Part shown: positions 54,310-64,000 of the stretch, piece by piece
Layout of the letters: each line of letters starts with the position of its first letter
Position numbering within the stretch: position 1 is the first letter of the stretch
Source of the DNA: Chrysomallon squamiferum
Lineage: Eukaryota; Animalia; Mollusca
Direction: 5' to 3'
Assembly (NCBI GenBank): GCA_012295275.1
Contig: CM022671.1
Coordinates: 36,332,001 to 36,396,000, forward strand
DNA: 64,000 nucleotides
The notes under the pieces: generated by a model
Seen by the model: the letters and a program-made list of their open reading frames with translations, nothing else
The model's database searches: none
Told to the model about the DNA's origin: nothing
Translations under genes and position numbers: made by a program

Positions 54310-55661
54310 TAGACGCTATGATTAGACCTATTGAGGAGTCTTGTCCAGCTCGACTGCTTGTCGTGTACGATAACAAGATGATCAAACTCGTAGATATCGA
54401 CAGGGATTTAGACAAACTTGTTTGCTGTATTAAGACCGAGCCGGTTGAATGTGATGTCATAGATTTTGTCATAGATCGCTTCACAAAGATTCCCATTGAC
54501 AAAATTAATCACTATGCGAGACTTGGCGAATTTGTGAGGATGTTGAAACACGAAGACCGGATGATAGATGTCCTGGTGCACATAGGTAATCAGGTAGGAT
54601 TTATTAAGATATTTACACCGGGTGAATAATGTTTTAGCAAATAAAGTTAATAGAAGGGTTTGAGACGATTAATACTGCAGTTATTAGGAGTAGGTAGGTT
54701 TGAGAGAATTAATGTATTAGTACATACTGTGGTTATTAGGAGTAGGTAGATTTGAGAGAATTAATGTATTAGTACATACTGTGGTTATTAGGAGTAGGTA
54801 GGTTTGAGAGAATTAATGTATTAGTACATACTGTGGTTATTAGGAGTAGGTAGATTTGAGAGAATTAATGTATTAGTACATACTGTGGTTATTAGGAGTA
54901 GGTAGATTTGAGAGAATTAATGTATTCGTACATACTGCGGTTATTAGGAGTAGGTAGGTTTGAGATAACTAATGGATAAATAAATACTGTGGTTATTAAG
55001 ACAAGGTGTGATGATTAATAAACTATTATTATTTTAAATTCAGCTGAATGAGACACCGCAATTAACCAGTGCTATTTTTCAAGTTGGTACACACTGATAA
55101 AAGATTCTAATGACAAACGTAAAATTATTTTCTCCAGATTTTCACGGCACATCGACATCTTCTAGCGTGTCACAGCAGATTCTTTGCCGATATTCTCGGG
55201 AACATCCCCAGCAAACAAAGGTTGCCGATAGAACTAAAGCTACAGAATGTGACAGTTAAGGCATTCCAGGCGTTTTTGCAGTATGTCTACACGGGAGAGT
55301 TGGATCTTCGTACTGTAAACCTTAGTGACCTCTACTTAGCAGCCGAACAACTCAGTGTTCCCGAATTACAGGAAAGGTACTGTGTTTATGCATGCACAAG
55401 ACAGATAATGTAGTATGTGCATGAATGGTTAAATAATTTCAAATCGCTCAATTGCGTATTTTGTAATCGGTGCTGAATGACATTAATTTATATACGGACA
55501 CAAACAGATAATGTATGTGTTGTACTTAAAATGAATTACAATATATTTTACCAAAGAGTCCACCTTTGCTTCTGACAGGGAGAGTAAGACCTTTAAAAAA
55601 ATTGTAACCGTGCCCTCTCTATTCCGGCCTGCGTTATATATATATATATATATAACAGGAT

Positions 55662-55694
<33 letters not shown>

Positions 55695-57145
55695 TATAAT
55701 AATAATAATTATTTTTGTTTTGTTGTTAAATATTATTATTATTATTATTATTATTATCATTAGAATAAAATCTTACGTAGAGGACATGGATGCACAACAA
55801 GCTCTCAATTTCCTGGCGAATGGTGCAGATAGAGATACGGACATCTTCAAAATCGCTTACCAGACAGTGATTGAGAACTTCGAACACATCTTCGATTCCG
55901 ATGATTTCATGAACATGGATGTGGATACCTTGTGTGCGATTCTGTCTGACGACTGTCTCATCGTTGTGGCCGAACTGGACGTGTTCTGGACAGCCCTCAA
56001 ATGGATTGTGTTTGATTTGAAAAACCGACTCAAGTATCTCACAAGAGTAATGAACTGTGTACGTTTCGCTCTCATGTCCCAGGCAGAACTTATTTACTGC
56101 GTGTCGGTCACGGACCTCCTCCGTTCCAACCCCACGTGCAGGACGATGATTTTGAGTTCCAACTGGTTAGTTTTCGTTTCTGTTATTATTAATATAATTA
56201 AGATTTGCAGTTTCACTTCTTTCATTGATCATTCAATGAATGAAAATGGCTAACGATAGATTTGTTGTTGATATTTTGTTTGTTTCTGTGTTTTTTTTAG
56301 TAGTTTCTTTTTCTTTCTTTTTTTATTTCTTTTCTTTTTTCTCCCCCCACCTTTTTTTTTTTTTTTTTTTTTTTTTTGGAGCGATATTTTCCAAGTATAC
56401 TGTAAATCGATTCAGGAAAAGTAAATGTTAAGAAATGTACTGTTGAAATACTTCACAAACATATTTGTTTGTTTAGAAAAAACAAAATACCTCATTTTCG
56501 GCTCGTTATTTATAATCAGTAACCGTATTTTTGAGACTATAGTTTAAATCAGAGTTTTAAGTGTCTACGCCGTTTGTTGGATTTAAATAAATAAATAAAT
56601 ATTTTCATAAAGTGTAATTCACCCATTCTCTATTTTCAATGTACAACAGAACTGGAGGGAAAGAAAATAAATAAAAATAAATATTTAGATAATAACGAGT
56701 TTATATAAACTTGTAAAAAAAAAAAAAAAATACCGTAATACAAGCATTCGATCGGAGAGGATGTATAAATTAAACATTATATTTTAAATTTTTTTTTTAT
56801 TATATAATTAATTAATTATCATTTTACCCATTTGCGATATTTTATGTATGCAATATATATTATTGGTATTACTATTAGTAAACTTATTCTTTACTTATGA
56901 AATAATAAATAAATAATAAAGCGATGTTCTTCCGCACATTTGTAAATATTCACTTTATGTTAACTATCGCACGACATCTGTTTCAAATCGTTCTATTTGT
57001 GTTACTTTAAATATCAAGTGCTAAGTTAAACACAAACACAGCCCGCATCAGGGGCGATAATTTCACGGAATTACCCAAAATGCATGCAGCAGACGACAAT
57101 TTATCAAAAAAAAAAATAAAATAAAATAAAATAAAATAAAATAAA

Positions 57146-57184
<39 letters not shown>

Positions 57185-57419
57185 AAGGACAGGCAAATAA
57201 AATAATAATTTTAGAGATAGTTTCTTATTTACTGATGTTATAAAACTGATTAAACAAATAATTTTTTTTTAAAAAAAAAACGTCTGCTGTAATATTTACC
57301 GATACTCATCAAAACAATTTTTGATTGTCAATGACTGCTTTGTACTGCTAATCCTGACATATGCAGTCAAATAAAATTATTTCGTCAGTGTTTAGATTTG
57401 ATAGTCATATAGACACTTT

Positions 57420-57464
<45 letters not shown>

Positions 57465-60400
57465 TAACATATCGCATATCTAGTATAATTAAAAGTTAAG
57501 CCTAAAAAACAAAAAGTACTAAAAATAAAAAAAATAATAAAAAAAGGATCTTATGGAAATGTAATTATATTTTTGTGATACCATAATGAAGACCTTATTG
57601 TTTATTTGTTTATTACTTTTTATTATTTTATTATTTCTTTAAAAAAACAGCCAGTACTAAAAGGCCCACTAAAAATGTAAACATAATACTAATTAGACTT
57701 AGAAAGGTTAACAACAAATACACAGCAACAACAGTAATTATTAATATCAACAGTAACAATACCAACATCTAATATATAATAACAAAAGGCAATAAAAGCA
57801 GCAATTAACACACACACACAGTAACAGGAATACCCAAATATAACTGCAAATATACACAAATACACAAATACAACAAAGAACAGTAATTAAATAATTATAA
57901 AATACCAACACAAATATTAAGATATTTTGTATTTGTATTGCTTTAGGTTACTTATGTGTACTGCTGTAGGAAAGGAAGATCCACTGCACATCCCTCGACC
58001 AAATCCTCGCAGTTGTATGATAGATAGTAAACATGATATTGAGACCACATTCAAGGTAGGATTTTGGCTTAAACTTTTGAGTGGATACATATTATTTTGT
58101 TATGATTTATAAAAAGCTATTTTTTAATAAATTTGAAAATCACAGCTTGGAATTAAACAGTCTCAGTATTAATTAACAGTAATTAAATCATAAGAGTTGG
58201 GTGTATTTATATATATATATATTTTTTTAAAGTAAACTGTTTCTAATTTTGGTTTCTAATTTTTGTTACAGTGGTTATAAAAAAAAAAATAATAATAATA
58301 ATAATAATAAAAATTAAAAATTAAAATGCCACAAATATTTTTAATTACTATATTTAATTTTAATAACGTATTACACTCTACACTTATTTTGGACAGTTTC
58401 AAACAAAATATATCTGTACTACATAATTAACTCCAAAAATTAATATCTATTCATTTTTTGATAGTTGTCTGCTAAAAGGACAAATTTAATTTACAAATAT
58501 TTCTGGTAAACTCATTTATTTCCTAATTTGACAATTATTGTCAGGACTGATTGTATCATGCAGCTGAAAAAGAGTGGAAAAAACCCCTCAGTAGCTTTCC
58601 TGATAATATTATCATCAGTTACTTCCATTATTTTTTATTATTACTAATATATTATAGGCGTGATAATGTATAATAAGTTATGGTTTGTCTTTAAGTAGTC
58701 AAAAGAACTATTGTATTTGGGCTTAATTCCGACTGAGAATGTTTCTTATAAATAATAATTTAATTGAATTGCTGGAAGCACAATTCTTTGACTCAGGAAG
58801 TGTGGATACCATCAAATAGTTGATTTTACCACTAATAAAAGACATTTTTTAGAAAATACAAAGCGAAGTTATTTAAAACAGCAGTTTAATCCTGGTATAG
58901 ATAAACTAAATTCATAGAACAAATTATGCTCTATTCCCATCTCTAAAATGAAATGATGGAAAAGATAAGATTTAGTTTTTTTAACGGAAGACACTGTTCT
59001 TTATAGAACTCTTATCACTAGGTCAGAATATTTGAAGTACCAATGTGTCATAGCCTATTTGGTAAATTGATTATTAATACAAAGAATGTATTATTGGATC
59101 TAACTGAAATTCAAGTTTATAAAAGTCTGAAAACACTTTTACTTTTATTGTAAAGCTTTTTTTTTTTATGCATTTGAATTTGTGTTAAATGTGATCTCAT
59201 GGGTTCCTGCATTGGTTCAGAATGATTTCTGTGAACTAGTAATAATACAAGTCTAATATTCTAACTTTTTTTGTCTCTCAATATTCCAGTATACAAATGC
59301 AATAGATATTGACATTCATGTGTGTGTGTGTTTGAGGTATTATTTCTGAATTCAAGTTTATAAAAAAATGAAAGCTTTATTTTCAGATTATACATGTATG
59401 TTTATGAAATTCTGAAAGTCTATGTACTTAATTAAAGTTTTGAATACAGCTTCTCTAGCTGTTTTAATCAGATGATTTCGTTCAACAGATTCGTGACAAA
59501 CGCTGGAGTAACTTGTCAATACAGTTATCCAAAATGATGTCAGATCCAGCATTCCAGCAGTCCCTGATGACCCAGACACAAGCTGAGTTGGCATGCCGGA
59601 TGCGTGCTGTAGAAGTATGCCCTGAAAACTATGGAATGGATAAAGGTTTTTACTGTGATCAGGGAAGAATGGCTGAAACCCAAGCTTTTCCACTTGAAAT
59701 AAGGAATTCTTTTGAAATGAGGAATCCTTGTAATCCTTGTGAAGTAAGGAACCCTTGTGAAGTAAGGAACCCTTGTGAAGTAAGGAACCCTTGCGAAGTA
59801 AGGAACCCCTGTGAAGTAAGAAACCCCTGTGAAGTAAGGAACCCTTGTGAAGTAAGGAACCCTTGTGAAGTAAGGAACCCCTGTGAAGTAAGGAACCCCT
59901 GTGAGGTAAGGAACCCCTGTGAAGTAAGGAACCCTTGTGAAGTAAGAAACCCTTGTGAAGGAAGGCCACAAGAAATAGTGTGTAACAAGCCAGACAAAAA
60001 AAGATGTTATGAAACTTATGATCCAGAAGCTGCTAAACGAGAGAAGAAAGCCCTTCAAAGGAAAGGACAGAGTTACCACGAAGCAGATTTCTGTGGTTCA
60101 AGGACATCTCGGATTTGTGATGAACCTGCAAGTCAAAGAATATATGAGCTAGAATGTACTCCAATACCACAAAGTAGAAACTGTTATGAAGATTATTATG
60201 CTAGACAGGCAATGCCGGGCAAAGGTTAGTTTAATTATAATTATTGCAAAGAAAACAGTAATCACACAATCCAATTCAAACTGACAGCTGACTAAATTAA
60301 GTTCTCAGAATAACCCAATTAAAAAGATTAATAATTAAAATTTTTATAAATAAATACTTTTACATTAAAGTACATTGTATGTTTTCAAATGGTGTCCTGT

Positions 60401-63400
60401 TTATTAAAATACAAATATTTTATTTACTGCTATTACAAGTAATTAGCCATTTCTTTTGGAAAGCTTATTTTATGACAGTATGGTCAAACAGAGGGTTATT
60501 ATCCTCTTTTTGTGTGTGTGTGTGAGGAAATAACTGTAAAATTTTACTTAGCCAAACAACTTAGAGTGAGATCAAATAATTTTTCTCCACTGAAATTAAC
60601 CCATTTATTTTTATTAATAATTAATATTCAGTGACAATAATAAAAGCATGTACAATATCTATTTCTACTTAATTTGTTTTACAAAACAGCACATTTCATT
60701 TGTCTGATGTGAATAACCCCTTTTAAGCATCCATACACTTAACACAGATACACAGACAACAATATATATTGTTTTCAATATGTCTACTTTAGTGATGGAA
60801 TCGACATGTTCTTGGAAAGTTTACCTATCAGATTAGTACTGTACATGCCTTATTCATAATCTCTGTTATAATTTTTTAACATGCTTCTAGCCATTCAGTT
60901 TACCTGTCATTAAATTAAATTTTCATTAATTTAAAGCAATGGCAAGCTACAGCTACGAGTGTGACCCATCTAGCAGGTTTGGAAAAACACGATGGGGTTC
61001 AAAGTCTCAGTTATCAGACAGTATGGTAGCTGGATGTCAGAAGTGGGAAAGTAAGAACCATTTTCTTTTCTTTAATAGAGTAGGGCTTCATAGCAGTCAG
61101 TTGACAGTGTCTGCATACAATATATATATTTCAGAGACAATAACAATTATTAAAATCATTGTAATAATAATTTGTTTTTTTTATTATTATCTTTTTTTTT
61201 TAAAACTTTTAACGGATACTGGAATTGTAGCACCTTGAAAGTAGAAACTGCATATGTATTAACTATTTATTGTTTTTATTTTGTAACAGATTACCAGCAT
61301 ATGAAATTACATATTGTTTTTGTTTTTACTTTATAACAGATACTGGAATTGTAGCACCTGCATGTGAAAGTAGAAACTGCATATGTATTAACTATTATAT
61401 TGTTTTTATTTTGTAACAGATACTGGAATTGTAGCACCAGCATATGAAAGTAGAAACTACATATGTATTAACTATTACGTTGTTTTTACTTTATAACAGA
61501 TACTGGAATTGTAGCACCAGCATATGAAAGTAGAAACTACATATGTAAACCAATGGATGAAAGTATGGGTGCTAATCCCACGTGTAAAGAAGGTATATTT
61601 TGTCTTCTCTTCTCAGTTTTTTAAGCATCTTTAGGCTATTCCATAAAATCTGATTTTCTGCCTGTCTGATAGGTTGTTTTATTATTTATAATTTCAGTTC
61701 AGTGTGTATGAATTAAAATGGAATATTCAACCCTTTTAAGAGCAAATAAATGATCTGATAAGGAAACTAATCTACAGAGATAAAAATCTGGATAAAATTA
61801 ACAGTATTTGATCCATTATAAATGAAACAAGTTAAAATAATTCTAAGAAAATCTGCTACAGAATAATGGGTTGTTTTTGTTATCTAACTTGATTAATTTG
61901 GTCAGGTAATTTAATCTAAAATACATCATGTACTGATTTTAGGCAACCAGTTTGAATAATGATGATATAGAAATAACTCAGGAAAAATGTTTTTTTGAAA
62001 ATCAAAATCTAAATATTAAAATTTTAAATATAAAGTGTAAAGTTTAATGTTTTCATATATATTCATTACAAATATTTATAACACAATCTTCAAGCCACTG
62101 ATTTGTGTTTATGTTTGGGTATACATATCTATGGTTCTAAATAAACATAAAGCTATCTCAGTTGGTGTGTGTTCTTCTGGAGATAATTATTTGACTTGAA
62201 ATTAGGATGCATACATATACAGTGAGAAAAAATTACACTGACAATAGACACTACTACTACTACAACTACTACTATTATTATTTTTAACTAATGGCCTCTA
62301 CCATTAAAATTATTCTTAAACTGAATATATAATTCAGTTTGTTCAGGCCTCAGATGCATAATATTAAACCATAGATCTCTGAATCTGTTTTATGTAAAGG
62401 AATTAAACTAAAGGATAATTTAAAACTGAGTTTTAAAGTATTCAGTAATGTACAAGGAACATAAGTATTTAATTCAGAGGAAATTTGACAGACTAATGTG
62501 TGAAGACATTTCTTTTCTTTTTAAATTCAATTTAAAAAATTCTATAATCTGATCATTACAAAAATAAAATTATAATACAAAATATTTAATTACTTGTTCT
62601 GTTTTGAAGCTGATCATAAAAGTATTCTCCAGTATTCTTAATATTTAATAAATTTAAAAAATGAACATTTGCACAATCCCTCTGTATGCACTTTGGCATG
62701 TATTTTTCTTAAATTCAGAGGAATTACCTATGAATTTAAAATCTTTCATGAAAATTTTTCATTTCACTCTTTCACAAATAGAGACACAGATAATGAAGGA
62801 TTTTGAAAGTTGAGATATTTATAAATATTTTATAGACTTCTGTGTTTTACTCATCACTTCTTTTTTGTTCTGCAGCAGAGCCAGACAGTCATCTTGAAGT
62901 GAAGAGATCATTTTCAAAATCTCGGGATATATCTGAATCCAATCTCACAGACATTTTAGTTGTAGGAGGTTTTAAACCAGTGGATAAGAAGAAAGATGGT
63001 AATTTATTTATTTACTGTTTTATTTGACATACATTTGTTTATTTACTAATTTAATACGTTAAATACTAATTTTTTCATACCTGATGCATTAATACTCCTT
63101 TCCTTTTTGTCAGTAATCCAGGTAGAACGTTATAATTCAGAATATGATAAATGGAACCACTTTGCTGGCTTACCAGAACCACGCAATCATCATGCTGTAG
63201 CAGTTCTTCATGGAAAGCTCTTCCTTATAGGTGAGTGATTGTCTGTATGGATTGCATTAGTTTTCTAAAATGCAGTTTTTTTTGGTATAACCATTCAGCA
63301 GTTTTTTCCTGCTTCAGCCAGTGCTCCTTCTGAATATGTTGTATGTGGGAAGGTGAAAACAAAAAATATCTTGCTTCAGACTGATAATAAAATATGTTTT

Positions 63401-63447
63401 GGTAAACCATGTTAGTGTTAAATTTTTTCCCCTTCTGTTTGTTGTTG

Positions 63448-63517
<70 letters not shown>

Positions 63518-63707
63518 GATATTTAGGTGGCAGTGATCCAAGAAAGTCAAAAAAGAATCCGGTTGCTACAAATACAACATTTATGTATAACCTGGATGAA
63601 CGAGAGTGGTACAAGATGGCTAACATGAGCACATGTCGAATGCACCACTCTGCCTGCACGTTGTTTGGAACGTTGTATGCTATCGGTGGACAGGATGAGA
63701 AAAACCA
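53458..63707 (+). CDS. BTB-BACK-Kelch protein (KLHL/scruin-like) with long low-complexity inserts; continues beyond the window
   Basis: Phase-consistent exons 53458-53850, 54313-54593, 55138-55376, 55764-56165, 57947-58055, 59489-60224, 60937-61050, 61500-61592, 62876-62998, 63114-63230, 63527-63707. BTB: DVLVHIGNQIFTAHRHLLACHSRFF...FLQYVYTGEL. BACK: NFEHIFDSDDFMNM...ILSDD...ELDVFWTALKWI...VRFALMS. Kelch: ILVVGGF, VERYNSEYDKW..LPEPRNHHAV..KLFLIGG, MSTCRMHHSAC..LYAIGGQD. Confidence 0.9.
54660..55000. repeat. 52-bp intronic minisatellite, about 6 copies
   Basis: Unit ggttattaggagtaggtag(a/g)tttgagagaattaatgtattagtacatactgt. Confidence 0.95.
59732..59965 (+). repeat. Coding 18-bp repeat encoding (NPCEVR)x13
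   Basis: aacccttgtgaagtaagg units with synonymous variants, in frame within exon 59489-60224. Confidence 0.95.
61205..61547 (+). repeat. 80-bp tandem repeat duplicating an acceptor plus exon start
   Basis: 'taacag|atactggaattgtagcacc.gcat.tgaaagtagaaact.catat|gta' at 61340, 61420 and 61500, with degenerate copies near 61216 and 61290. Confidence 0.9.
63451..63517. repeat. (ATT)n microsatellite directly before an acceptor
   Basis: Direct reading. Similar (ATT)/(AAT) tracts occur at about 9624, 28170, 28463, 51548, 54257, 55665, 55731 and 57421. Confidence 0.95.
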
Positions 63708-64000
63708 GTAAGTGTAACTGTACAGAGATGATAGTAAGATTAGTTCTGTTCATACTTTCCTTTCAGCTGGTGTCTATAGCTGAGATATCATGATGTAGTA
63801 TATCTTGAATGTGAGAAAGCATACTTAAAATGAATACTTACTGTTTGTTTTAGTTATATATAGGATGATTTCTTTCATTATTCAGTACAGTCATGTTTTA
63901 AAACAGAACTAGTGTATATAATATCAACTAATTGTAGATATCTGTTAATAAAATGACACACAAATTATATTGACTTGCTTGTTTCTTTTAAATATAGAAT

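Noticed and set aside
59388-60079. Three antisense ORFs (193, 179 and 112 aa) over the 18-bp repeat
   Set aside because: They are by-products of a stop-free repeat. Only the + frame joins flanking exons in phase and shows synonymous variation.

Overview
This is AT-rich eukaryotic (animal) genomic DNA with spliceosomal introns, not prokaryotic DNA. The gene content and repeat style suggest an invertebrate, possibly a mollusc, but that is inference. Most ORF-track entries are spurious or are exon fragments. By reading GT-AG junctions and checking phase I reconstructed: (1) the 3' part of a three-domain gelsolin/severin-like gene (+, to 6565); (2) a complete STN1/OBFC1 gene (-, 9 coding exons, 359 aa) containing a U12-type minor intron; (3) a complete second gelsolin-like paralog (+, 13 coding exons, 365 aa), head-to-head with STN1 and with a CArG box in its promoter; (4) a TE- and duplication-rich block (about 24-49 kb) holding a phase-consistent 5-exon orphan gene (159 aa), a truncated paralog whose exons look more diverged than its introns, and a near-identical stray copy of the gelsolin last exon; (5) a decayed Tc1 transposon with TIRs and TA TSDs; (6) a large BTB-BACK-Kelch (scruin/KLHL-like) gene that runs off the right edge and carries an unusual (NPCEVR)13 Cys-Pro repeat. 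Tandem repeats that copy real splice sites occur in four genes. I found no CRISPR array, rRNA or tRNA. The best novelty candidates are the orphan gene pair and the Cys-Pro-repeat Kelch protein.
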